64,000 nt of DNA from an uncultured delta proteobacterium (GTDB lineage: Bacteria > Myxococcota_A > Polyangia > Fen-1088), in assembly GCA_963737265.1 (NCBI GenBank), contig CAVTRY010000023.1, forward strand, positions 224,001 through 288,000, read 5' to 3'. The number at the start of each line of letters is the position of its first letter. The stretch's first letter is position 1. The position numbers were made by a program, and so were the translations under genes. Positions 20,579 to 30,219 of the stretch are shown here, one piece after another. The notes below the pieces were generated by a model. It was given only the letters and a program-made list of their open reading frames with translations, did no database searches and was not told where the DNA came from.

Positions 20579-22073
20579 GATGCCACCTGTTCGAGGAGCA
20601 GGTCGTAGGACGCGAGATCGACCAGCGGTGCTTCGAGCGCGGGGACGCTCGGTGGATAGGTACTGTCCGTCGCCTGTGTGCATCTCTTCTTGGTTGCATC
20701 CGCCGTCAAGATGGTCCCATCGGCAAGCAGAGTCGTGAGCGCTTGCTCAACATCGGCTTCCATCGTGCTGGCGGCCAGGTGAAGAATGCGCAGGTATTCA
20801 ACGTCGCCTTTGATTCCAGGCTTGGTCGCCTGGATCGCGTCGTATGCCCGCCTGAAAGTCACGCTTGGAAACAGCTCTTCTCGGTAGACGTAGCGAGAAA
20901 ACGCGCCCGGCTTGCGCACCAAAGACCAGATGACGTGCCGGTAGTCGATGCGCGCGGTCTTGCCTCGCAGCCTGTCGCAGGCCAATTCCAAGTTGTCGGC
21001 GTAGTACACCTCGATTCGGTGCTCGAACACGCGGACTCTCACCCGTGCGCCGATCAGCCTCGACGGCACCGAGTAGGCGCACGACTTGACCCGGATGGTG
21101 CTCGTCGACGCCACAGGTGCCGTCATTTCTGCGTACTCCGGCAAACGCTCCACCACCAGCGGCCGCATGGCTTCGATCTCCTCGGCGACGCGCGGGCCTC
21201 GCGAAGCGTTGGCTTTGCGGACCACCTTGGCTACGAAGCGTTCGTAGTCGTCTTGGTCCGCGAAGTCGCGGCTGCCACGCACCAGCAGCGCTTGTTCAAG
21301 CCGACGCTTGAGCGCGCCGTTGCTGGCCTCCACATCGCCGTTTTGTTCCTTGGCCCCGACGGCTGTAGTTCGTGGCTCCATTCCGAGGTGCCGCATGACC
21401 GCCTTGTATTCATCGTTGAAAGTGCGATCTTCCGCATCGCGAGCGATCTGATGTGTCGCCGCCGTCGAGTGGTCGGTTTGGTGGTATCGCGGCACCCGCC
21501 CAAGCTGGAACAGCGCCGACTGGATCCCTCGCCGAAGCGCTGCCAGAGACTCCGACAGACACGCGGTCGCCCATTGCCAGTTCGAGTACGGCAGCACCGT
21601 CACGCACAAAAGGTGCACAAATAGCTGGCCCACGATCGTCACACCAAGCTCCGCCGTCGACGTGAAGTCGGTTTGCGCGGCTTCACCGGGCCGATGCGCC
21701 TGCGTGAACCAAATCTCACGCGCAGGACCATGCTCGGCCCGCCAGCGACGGATTCGCCGCTGCATTGTCCGAAGATGGCTCTCGTTGTACCGCCCTGGCT
21801 GCTTCGCCTCCAGCAGCTCCAGCACCGTCTGAGCCTCCAGCCCAGGCGTTTCCTCCAGCAACTTGGCCACGGCTGGCCAGTCCTCGGCGAACGCGTCAGG
21901 CGCGTCCGCCACCACCGCGGCTGCCGTAGCTCCGACGGTAGCTTGCCCGCGGCGATGTATCGCCGCCCTGTCTTCCGGTCCATGCCCGCCTTCATGGCGG
22001 CCTGGCCTACTTTTCCAATCTTGCTCATCTCTTCCATCAAACGCCTCACTTGGGCGTCGGTGACCGGCTTCAA
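20575..22073 (-). pseudogene. istA: IS21 transposase IstA with apparent frameshift near 21900
   Basis: HTH start (KAGMDRKT) in the 21639..22073 frame; catalytic part (QTDFT, QTDHSTAA, NGDVE) in the 20575..22134 frame. Confidence 0.85.
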
Positions 22074-23161
22074 AGGTGCCTCCTGCCCGCTTGCGGGCTT
22101 GGAGGTCTACCTCACGGTCACCGTCGCGCCTCAAAGCGGGGCGACGTAGCTGTCGTCTTTGGGGAGATGTAATTGTCGCTCAGCAACGAGAGGTCGAATC
22201 TGCGATCTCTACGCTGCAAAACCGTCTCTCGCGATCCCGAGATGAACAGGAAGTCGGTGCCGCGAGAAACGAAGAAACGGCCTGCTCCGATTCCGTCGGT
22301 CACATATCGGGTTCGCACCAGTCCCCCGCGGCCGATGCCAATCGGATTCTGAGAGCCAGTGCTCTCACTCCAGAACCATTCCCACTTGGTCTTCATCCAG
22401 GAATAGGGTCTTTGTACGATGATGTGTCCCTGGTAATCTAGAACTGTCACGACTGAAGGCCAAACCTTGTCGGTTGCACTGGTGCTGATAGGATATCTCT
22501 CCAAGTAGACATCGAGAATCAACACCTCGCCGGCATCGGATACCAGCATCTCCGCTTCGTTCGGTTGGAAGCCTGCCGAGCAAGGAGCTTTGATGCTCGT
22601 GAAGTCACTTGGACATGCAGGTTTGTCCGAAACTGACACCAACGGCCGAGTCTTTGTCACGGGGGCGCCGCCGTCCAAGTCGAAGTAGGAAAGCGCTCGA
22701 TCGCTGACTGCCCAAAGGCCGGTGGGTCCGGCGAAGTATGTGGTCTTCTCGGAGGGAACAGGGAACTTTCGCGTCCGGCCAGGGCTCAGGCTGTCGGTGC
22801 CGTACTCCGCGACCTCACCCGCCGACGCGATGACCACGCGCTTGTCGAAAACGCGAGAGGCCACTATGCCACCTGCGAGAGCCAAGGAAGATTGGGCCAG
22901 TTCTTGGCCTTCCTTGCTCCACAAGACAAGATCTCTCGGCTCCTTCTCAGGCGACTTGACGACGGCGAGAATCTTGCCGCCTGGAAGCGTATGGAGAGGT
23001 GGAAAGACCTCACCCCCGGCCATCCATGAGGTCTGCCAGCCGCTGAGCTGTAACCGTTGGTTCAGTCCGCGGACTGTCACGCGGTCTCCTTCTGCGCGAG
23101 CGTTTCCGGTCATCATCAATCCTGCCAAGGTGAGAAGGAAGCATTTCATCGCACCACGATC

Positions 23162-23377
23162 CTACTTGTAGGCGACAAATTGACGGCGCCAGGTGAAGTT
23201 GGGGGCTTCATTGTGGGTGTGGAGGAGTCCGGCGTTCTCGCCGTGGGGAATGATGTCGTACTTCTGCGGACCCCAAAAGTTCCCGAACGATGGCTTGGCC
23301 TCGACCTCGATGTTCCAGCGCGAGCTGACGTCGTAGATGTCCTCCAGCCCGTTCGAGTTGGTGAAGCCGAAGGACAT
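23162..23377 (-). repeat. Intact 71-codon copy of the effector 3' tip
   Basis: MSFGFTNSNGLEDIYDVSSRWNIEVEAKPSFGNFWGPQKYDIIPHGENAGLLHTHNEAPNFTWRRQFVAYK; ATG lies 2 nt after the paralog-2 stop. Confidence 0.85.
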
Positions 23378-23379
23378 CG

Positions 23380-24591
23380 TCAATAAGCAATCAGCAGCCA
23401 GTCGCCTTCGGCGCTTTGGCCGATGGCGAAACGGGGGCGCTCGTAGTGAGTCTTTTGCTGCTCCTCCGCGATCCCATCGATACTGATCAGCTGCTCCCTT
23501 TTGCTTCGGCCTTGGTCTGATATGGTCGAAAATCTGTAGCATCCATGGTCGTGTAAGAGCATGGGTGAAACCCAGGATGGAGAGCTGATGAACCCGCCGG
23601 CAAGATCTCGAATGCTTTGTTTCCAAACCGGTTTAAGTAGTCGGTTCCAGCGGTGAATGACCATTTCGTCTCTGCCAGACCAGTAGAGGAAGTCGCTACC
23701 ACGGGAGGCAAAGAGACGGCCAGCGGCGATGCTATCGGTAACATATCGGGTTCGCACCAGCCCCCAGTCTGCAGGGCCTCCGGATTGTGGGCTACCTCCT
23801 TGGGTCCAGAACCATTCCCGCTTGGTCTTCATCCATGAGTAAGGCTTCTGCACCGCGATGTTCCCACGCGAATCGAGAACGGTCACGGCTGAAGGCCAAA
23901 CCTGGTCTGGGAGCACCCCAGTCGTACTGATTGGATATCTCTCTAAGTAGACATCGATGATGAGCATCTCTCCGGTGTCGGATACCAGCATCTCCGCTTC
24001 GTTCGGCTGGAAGCCTGCCGAGCACGGCTCTTTTATGCTCGAAGGGTCACTGGAACACGCAGGCTTGTCCGAAACCGACACCAATGGCCGAGTCCTTGTC
24101 ATGGAGGCGCCGCCGTCCAAGTCAAAGTAAGAAAGCGCTCGATCAGTGACCACCCAAAGGCCGGTAGGTCCGGCGGCATATACGGTCTTCTCGGAGGAAA
24201 CGGGCAACTTTCGCGTCCGGTCGGGGCGCAGTTTGTCGATGTCGTACTCCACGACCTCACCTGCCGACGCGATGATAAGGCGCTTATCGAAAACGCGAGA
24301 AGCCACTACGTCACCTGCAAGCGCCAAGGGAGTTCGTGCCAGTTCGCGGCCTTCCTTGCTCCACAGGACGAGATCCTTCGGGTCCGTCTCTGGTGCGTTG
24401 ACGACGGCGAGAATCTTGCCACCTGGAAGCGTATGGATGGGGGGAAGAATTGCGCCTTTGGCCAACCATGAGGCATGCCAGCCAGTGAGCTGCAAGCGTT
24501 GGTTCAGTCCGCGGACTGTCACGCGGGCCCATTCAGCGTGGGCGTCTTCGACCATCATCAATCCTACCAAAATGAAAAGGATGTATCTCAT
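23380..24591 (-). CDS. Putative secreted immunity protein, paralog 2 (subtype II)
   Basis: Signal peptide ending AHA-EWARVTVRGLNQ; ends RPRFAIGQSAEGDWLLIAY. Confidence 0.75.
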   Translation of the reverse strand: MRYILFILVGLMMVEDAHAEWARVTVRGLNQRLQLTGWHASWLAKGAILPPIHTLPGGKILAVVNAPETDPKDLVLWSKEGRELARTPLALAGDVVASRVFDKRLIIASAGEVVEYDIDKLRPDRTRKLPVSSEKTVYAAGPTGLWVVTDRALSYFDLDGGASMTRTRPLVSVSDKPACSSDPSSIKEPCSAGFQPNEAEMLVSDTGEMLIIDVYLERYPISTTGVLPDQVWPSAVTVLDSRGNIAVQKPYSWMKTKREWFWTQGGSPQSGGPADWGLVRTRYVTDSIAAGRLFASRGSDFLYWSGRDEMVIHRWNRLLKPVWKQSIRDLAGGFISSPSWVSPMLLHDHGCYRFSTISDQGRSKREQLISIDGIAEEQQKTHYERPRFAIGQSAEGDWLLIAY

Positions 24592-24603
24592 CTCCCCGCG
24601 ATC

Positions 24604-26136
24604 CTACTTGTAGGCGGGGAATTGACGACGCCAGGTGAAGTTGGGCGCCTCATTATGGAAGTGAAGTAATCCGGTATTCTCGCCGTGAGGAATGATCTCG
24701 TACTCCTGCGAACCCCAAAAGTTCCCAAGCGAGGGCTTGGCTTCGACCTCGATGTTCCAGCACGAGCGTGTATCGTAGATATCGTCGAGCCCTCCCGCAC
24801 TTCCGAAGCAGAAAGACATGAATCTGCCGGCCTTGGAGCCGAATTGAAGCCACGCCATGAACTCTTTGGCGTCAGTCTTAAGAATATCAAACGAGCTTTC
24901 CGCAGGCGCGAATTTGTCGGGGGCAAGTTGATGTCTAGCCCTGAATTTCTGTGGATCGCGAGTGAGCGGAATCTTGACCCAAGGGTTCTCATTCTTGACC
25001 GTTGCCTTTCCAAAGAGGACCACGTCCATGTTCATGGCCAGCATGTCTGGGAAGGTCTCTTGGAAGGTGATCTTGATGGCGTGCGGAACCTCTTCAGCGT
25101 TCGCTCGCTCAAAGGGCTCGACGTTGATCGCCTTGAACACTCCGTCTTTCATCACGTGTAGGTAGTCCACCGCGACGGCCAGCCTGGGCTTGGTTTTGTT
25201 GAGCGTGGGGTACACGGGCTCGATGCTGGTCACATCGCCGGTGTCCGAGATGGTCACCATCGTGCCCGAGGGGCGGTCGCTGCCATATTCGCCGAACATG
25301 GCGCCACCGCCATAGAACCCGTCGAAGTTGATGCGCGGGAGCGGACCCGCGGAATCCGACACGATGATAGGTGGGCGGCCATTGATACGAGGCGCTGGAT
25401 TGACGACCCCGCTCGGACTCCGCATGCCGTAGGCCTCGGTTGGGTAGCCTTTGTCGTCAGCCGCTCCAAGCAGGTACATACTCTTGCGGTGCGAGTGGCC
25501 GGAAAACCCGCATGCCGTGACTTTGCCGTCGGCCATCTGCTTGTACAGTTCGGATCGCCGCTTTTCGAAGGTGCCGAAGTCGTATTTGCCAAAGGGGGCT
25601 CCGCCGCGAAGGAGCCCAGTGCCACCGACATCCACGTGGCCTAGGGTCGGACCCTCGCCATAGGAAACGGTCTCGACGTAGCTCACGAAGGTGAAGTGGC
25701 TCATGATCACGGTCTTCTTGCCCCCGGCGCCCGCATCGGGCTGGGCAAGCGCGAGCTGCGCTGCGGTGACCGCCTCGTTGGCGCGCGGAAGATGTCCCAA
25801 TAGACCGCCCTGGCCGAGCGAGCCAGGTAGGCTCACCGATTCTTCGCTTTCGCCCCAGCCCAACCCGACGAGAAGAATCTTGGGTAGCTGCACTTTGAAA
25901 TCCGAGAAGGGCGACAGGACTGCGTGGAACCACTCGTAGTATTGCGGATCGAAGAGTTCCCCCAGCGAGCCCAGGACCACCGCGCGCAGGGTGAGCTGGG
26001 GCGCGTCTTCGCCGCGAAACGCGCGCCGGTACCACGTTTCCTCGTCGAACGTGGCAACTTCCGCAGGTTGGATTTCAAGGGGACGGCCGGCGGCGATTTC
26101 CTCGGGCGTGTGCGCCGGTTTTTGGAACCAGGACAT
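24604..26136 (-). CDS. Chimeric ORF: OPT-transporter-like N-terminus fused to a variant C-terminal half of the metallophosphoesterase
   Basis: First ~57 aa end in PQLTLRAVVLGS (OPT-like). From LGELFDPQYYEW onward it is nearly identical to 28090-28900, then diverges. Lacks DxH, GD and GNHD motifs. Confidence 0.7.
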   Translation of the reverse strand: MSWFQKPAHTPEEIAAGRPLEIQPAEVATFDEETWYRRAFRGEDAPQLTLRAVVLGSLGELFDPQYYEWFHAVLSPFSDFKVQLPKILLVGLGWGESEESVSLPGSLGQGGLLGHLPRANEAVTAAQLALAQPDAGAGGKKTVIMSHFTFVSYVETVSYGEGPTLGHVDVGGTGLLRGGAPFGKYDFGTFEKRRSELYKQMADGKVTACGFSGHSHRKSMYLLGAADDKGYPTEAYGMRSPSGVVNPAPRINGRPPIIVSDSAGPLPRINFDGFYGGGAMFGEYGSDRPSGTMVTISDTGDVTSIEPVYPTLNKTKPRLAVAVDYLHVMKDGVFKAINVEPFERANAEEVPHAIKITFQETFPDMLAMNMDVVLFGKATVKNENPWVKIPLTRDPQKFRARHQLAPDKFAPAESSFDILKTDAKEFMAWLQFGSKAGRFMSFCFGSAGGLDDIYDTRSCWNIEVEAKPSLGNFWGSQEYEIIPHGENTGLLHFHNEAPNFTWRRQFPAYK

Positions 26137-26240
26137 GCGGCTAGGTTAATCGATACTCGGGCGCGGGCGAGAGACTTCGGCCCGGCGCACCGCGCCGTCG
26201 CCGCGCTTGGCGTGGGATTACGGATGTCGGGGGTGGGGGC

Positions 26241-26345
26241 TCAGAAATTCCCAAAGGATGGCCTGGCCTCGACCTCGATGTTCCACCGCGAGCCGAGGTC
26301 GTAGACATCTTCGAGGCCGTTCGCGTTGGCGAAGCTGAATGACAT
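26241..26345 (-). repeat. Truncated copy of the effector 3' tip (after paralog 1)
   Basis: MSFSFANANGLEDVYDLGSRWNIEVEARPSFGNF*. Confidence 0.85.
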
Positions 26346-26347
26346 CG

Positions 26348-27565
26348 TCAATAAGCAATCAGCAGCCAGTCGCCCTCGGTGCTTTGGCCGATGGCGAAGC
26401 GGGGGCGCTGGAACTTCGTCCGCTGTAGTTCGAGAAGGATTTCTCTTATTTCTAGCTTGCTCTCGGTGATAATGGTCCCGTGCCCCGTAACACTCGAAAA
26501 TTTCCGGCAGCCGTTATCGTGAAGCAACACTTGCGATGTCCAAGAGGGAGATACAATCTCGCCTCCAAAGTCCGCCAATTTGCGCTTCCAGACTGTCTCC
26601 AACCCACGATTTGTTCGGAAGAGAACCGTGTCATCTCTTTCATCGCTGATTTTCCAAAAGAGGAAATCACTGCCCCGAGAGGCGAACGGCAGGCTTGCAG
26701 GTGCCCGTTCCGTTTCATACCTGGTGCGGACCAACCCCCAATCCGCAGGGCCTCCAGATTGCGGGCTACCACCCAGGGTCCAGAACCATTCTCGCTTGTT
26801 CTTCATCCACGAAAGCGCCTTTTGCACGACGATTGCGCCCGTGGCGTCGAGAACGGACGCCGCGGATGGCCAGACCTCGTCGAATAAGCCCGGTACGTTG
26901 CCGTAGGGGTAGATCTCCTTGAAGACCTCGACGAGGAGTAGATCTCCTGTTTCCGAAGCTATTGCTCTGGTCTGACCGAACTGGAGCCCGGTCGAACACG
27001 GTTGTTTGGCTTCCCCCGACGAATCAGGGCAGCGCGGTTTGTCGACAGCAACCAGGGGCCGCGCCTTCTCCACGGGCTGGTGGCCGTCGAGAGCGAAATA
27101 GGAAACCGCTTTGTCGCTGATCACCCACAGCCCGGTGGGGCTAGGCCGATAGAGTGTCGTCTTCGTAGCTTGAACGACGAACGAGCGCACTCGGCCCTTG
27201 CGCAAGGTCCCGGTATCGATTTCGACGACCTCGCTGGCGCTCGCGACGACCAAGCGGTTTCCAAAGACCTGCCCGGCCTTGACCTCGCCCGCGATGTCGA
27301 GAGGACATCGGCCCAGCTGATGCCCATCTTTGTCCCAAAGGAGGAGAGCGAGTGCATCACCTCCTACCTCCCTCACGATGGCCAAGAGCTTGCCCCCGGG
27401 CAGGGGATAGACCGGCGGTACAATTTCGCCTTGAACTTGCCAGCTTGCCTGCGATCTCGTGAGCTGCAGTTGCGGGCTCAGGCCGCGCACCGTCACTCGA
27501 TTCTCTTCGGCACGCACATTGCCCGTCATGATGAGTCCTGCAAGTACGAGGGTTGCATATCGCAT
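26348..27565 (-). CDS. Putative secreted immunity protein, paralog 1 (subtype I; likely cognate)
   Basis: MRYATLVLAGLIMTGNVRA-EE signal peptide; starts 14 nt after the effector stop; several conserved Cys; ends GDWLLIAY. Confidence 0.75.
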   Translation of the reverse strand: MRYATLVLAGLIMTGNVRAEENRVTVRGLSPQLQLTRSQASWQVQGEIVPPVYPLPGGKLLAIVREVGGDALALLLWDKDGHQLGRCPLDIAGEVKAGQVFGNRLVVASASEVVEIDTGTLRKGRVRSFVVQATKTTLYRPSPTGLWVISDKAVSYFALDGHQPVEKARPLVAVDKPRCPDSSGEAKQPCSTGLQFGQTRAIASETGDLLLVEVFKEIYPYGNVPGLFDEVWPSAASVLDATGAIVVQKALSWMKNKREWFWTLGGSPQSGGPADWGLVRTRYETERAPASLPFASRGSDFLFWKISDERDDTVLFRTNRGLETVWKRKLADFGGEIVSPSWTSQVLLHDNGCRKFSSVTGHGTIITESKLEIREILLELQRTKFQRPRFAIGQSTEGDWLLIAY

Positions 27566-27579
27566 GGCTGCGCGGTTTC

Positions 27580-30210
27580 CTATCGATAGGGCTCGAACTG
27601 GCGGCGCCACGAGAAGTTTGGGGCTTCATTGTGGGTGCGGAGGAGTCCGGTGTTCTCGCCGTGGGGTATGATGTCGTATTTTTGCAAGCCCCAGAAATTC
27701 CCAAACGAGGGTTTGGCCTCGACCTCGATGTTCCACCGCGAGCCGAGGTCGTAGATGTCCTCCAGCCCGTTCGCGTTGGTGAAGCCGAAGGACATGAAAC
27801 GTCCAGCCTTGGAGCCCAAGGTAAGCCAATCGAAGAAATCCTGACTTTGGAGCAATGGAATGGTGAAGATCGAAGTCGGTGGTAGTTTGGGGTTCTTTGG
27901 CTGGCGCTCAAGCGCAATCCTGATCCACCCATGAGCGAGTGAAGGCTTTCCGAAAAGGGCAATGTCCATTCCGTCAACAAGTTGGGGAGGAAAATGTTGG
28001 TGAAAGGTGAGGTTTATGGTGTGCTGGCACGTCGTCGCCTGCGCCCGTTCGAAAGGTTCGACGGCAATCTCCTTGAACACCTGGTCTTTCATCACGTGCA
28101 GGTAGTCCACCGCGACGGCCAGCCTGGGCTTGGTTTTGTCGAGCGTGGGGTACACGGGCTCGATGCTGGTCACATCGCCGGTGTCCGAGATGGTCACCAT
28201 CGTGCCCGAGGGGCGGTCGCTGCCATATTCGCCGAACGTGGCGCCACCGCCATAGAACCCGTCGAAGTTGATGCGCGGGAGCGGACCCGCGGAATCCGAC
28301 ACGATGATAGGTGGGCGGCCATTGATACGAGGCGCTGGATTGACGACCCCGCTCGGACTCCGCATGCCGTAGGCCTCGGTTGGGTAGCCTTTGTCGTCAG
28401 CCGCTCCGAGCAGGTACATACTCTTGCGGTGCGAGTGGCCGGAAAACCCGCATGACGTGATTTTGCTGTCGGCCATCTGCTTGTACAGTTCGGATCGCCG
28501 CTTTTCGAAGGTGCCGAAGTCGTATTTGCCAAAGGGGGCTCCGCCGCGAAGGAGCCCAGTGCCACCGACATCCACGTGGCCTAGGGTCGGACCCTCGCCA
28601 TAGGAAACGGTCTCGACGTAGCTCACGAAGGTGAAGTGGCTCATGAGTACGGTCTTCTTGCCCGCGGTTGCATCGGGCTTGGCTAGCGCGAGCTGCGCAG
28701 CGGTGACCGCCTCGTTGGCGCGCGGAAGGTGTCCCAACAGACCACCCTGGCCGAGCGACCCCGGCAAGCTCACTGATTCTTCGCTTTCGCCCCAGCCCAA
28801 CCCGACGAGAAGAATCTTGGGCAGCTGCAGGTTGAAATCCGAGAAGGGGGTCAGGACGGCATAGAACCACTCGTAGTATTGCGGATCGAAGAGCTCCCCC
28901 AAGGCAACGCTGTCCCAAGATTCGCCGAAGGCCAGCATGGCCTCGTAAAAGGTCAGGTTGTGGTCGGCCGGGATGCCTTCGTTGGCCTTCTTCAAACCCA
29001 GAAGAAGCCTTGGCGAGATGCCGTAGATGTGGTTCTTCTTGTAGCAATCGTGGTTTCCCGTCACCGCGAACGCCGGTTTGCCTTTGCTCGCGCAGAAGTT
29101 CCGGATCGCCGTGAAGAAGGCGATGTAGTCGACGTAGGATTGGTAGTTGCGTTTGTAGTTGTTGTCGACGTCGACCAGATCCCAGATGGCGGCGGCGCTT
29201 GGAGAGCGCAGCTTTTCCGCGCCGACGCCGTTGTGATAGGGGAAGGCATTGTCGACGTGCTCGATAAGGTCGCCGCCGACGAGCAGCACGTCGATGCCCT
29301 TGTTGTCGAGGGCATCGAGGATCGACAGAAATGAACGCTCGAAGGTGTTCATCATCGAGCCGATAACTGGCGATTCCGCGGTTCCGGATTCGGCATCGAT
29401 CACGCGGGCGGGGCTTTTGGCCAAGAGCTTCTGCCGGGCGTTGATGTGGATATCGGTGACATGCCCGAGGTTGAGCATCTGCAAGGATCCTGCCGCGTAC
29501 ACATAGAGCGGGTGATAGGCCACGATGCGCTGGTCGAGGTCGACCCGCGAGTAATCCACACCCTCGCCGTCGAGCTCGAATTCGTGCGTGCCGAAGCCGC
29601 CGCTGCCTTGCAGGGCCGGGCCGTTCAGGCGCTTAAAAACCTTGCGTATCTGGAGGTCCTGATATTCGGAATTCCCTGAACCGTCGTCCGCGCCAGGGCT
29701 GCCCGCTCCCTGCGAAGCTGCCGCCAGGCAAGACTCGTGTACCTGGATGGCGTAGAAACCGTCCAGCTCCTTGGGCAGCCAGTTGGAAACCGTGTCGTGC
29801 AGGACGCCACGAAAGATCCCCTTGGTCTTGAGCTGGCCGACTGCATCGCGCTCCACCGGCTCGACCGCGATCTTGCCCGTGGGATCGTCGAACAAATCGT
29901 CGTCCGTCACGCGTTTCTTGGCATCGAGGCCGGGCGCGAATTTGAGGTGGCGGTTTACGTCGTCGATGGCGAGGGCGGGCGACTTGGGCGCGGCCACCAG
30001 GAGCTCGATCATGCCCTTGTTCTCGCCGCGCACGTGCAGGTTGGGCGTCAGCAGCGAGGGAAACAGCACCACTGCCGGAATGTTCGGTCGCGTGTCGATG
30101 GTGTTGAGGTGCTCGGGGGCGACCTGGAATTTGCCCTGCGACGGATCGGGTCGCGACACGAACGAGAAGGCTCGCCACACCAGGTTGTAGATATCGGGTT
30201 TACTGGCCAT
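27580..30210 (-). CDS. Large calcineurin-like metallophosphoesterase; putative secreted effector
   Basis: All five motifs present: TDIH, GGDLIEH, TGNHD, MSH, SGHSH; no signal peptide. Confidence 0.8.
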   Translation of the reverse strand: MASKPDIYNLVWRAFSFVSRPDPSQGKFQVAPEHLNTIDTRPNIPAVVLFPSLLTPNLHVRGENKGMIELLVAAPKSPALAIDDVNRHLKFAPGLDAKKRVTDDDLFDDPTGKIAVEPVERDAVGQLKTKGIFRGVLHDTVSNWLPKELDGFYAIQVHESCLAAASQGAGSPGADDGSGNSEYQDLQIRKVFKRLNGPALQGSGGFGTHEFELDGEGVDYSRVDLDQRIVAYHPLYVYAAGSLQMLNLGHVTDIHINARQKLLAKSPARVIDAESGTAESPVIGSMMNTFERSFLSILDALDNKGIDVLLVGGDLIEHVDNAFPYHNGVGAEKLRSPSAAAIWDLVDVDNNYKRNYQSYVDYIAFFTAIRNFCASKGKPAFAVTGNHDCYKKNHIYGISPRLLLGLKKANEGIPADHNLTFYEAMLAFGESWDSVALGELFDPQYYEWFYAVLTPFSDFNLQLPKILLVGLGWGESEESVSLPGSLGQGGLLGHLPRANEAVTAAQLALAKPDATAGKKTVLMSHFTFVSYVETVSYGEGPTLGHVDVGGTGLLRGGAPFGKYDFGTFEKRRSELYKQMADSKITSCGFSGHSHRKSMYLLGAADDKGYPTEAYGMRSPSGVVNPAPRINGRPPIIVSDSAGPLPRINFDGFYGGGATFGEYGSDRPSGTMVTISDTGDVTSIEPVYPTLDKTKPRLAVAVDYLHVMKDQVFKEIAVEPFERAQATTCQHTINLTFHQHFPPQLVDGMDIALFGKPSLAHGWIRIALERQPKNPKLPPTSIFTIPLLQSQDFFDWLTLGSKAGRFMSFGFTNANGLEDIYDLGSRWNIEVEAKPSFGNFWGLQKYDIIPHGENTGLLRTHNEAPNFSWRRQFEPYR

Positions 30211-30219
30211 GTGTTTTTC

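Larger units (their letters stand above)
19694..22185 (-). mobile_element. IS21-family element
   Basis: TGCTG...CAATTACAT-type IRs; 6-bp target duplication ACGAGA (19688-19693, 22186-22191); istA-istB pair. Confidence 0.93.
19446..23149 (-). pseudogene. Putative immunity paralog 3 (subtype II), split by IS21
   Basis: Removing the IS restores ...RRDRRFDLS|WERSLRDFPG...RPRFAIGQSAEGDWLLIAY*. Confidence 0.85.

Noticed and set aside
17699-27795. Diversity-generating retroelement (tips as TR/VR, RT at 33689)
   Set aside because: Tip differences are not adenine-specific by eye, and the only RT is a ~37-aa group II intron stub.
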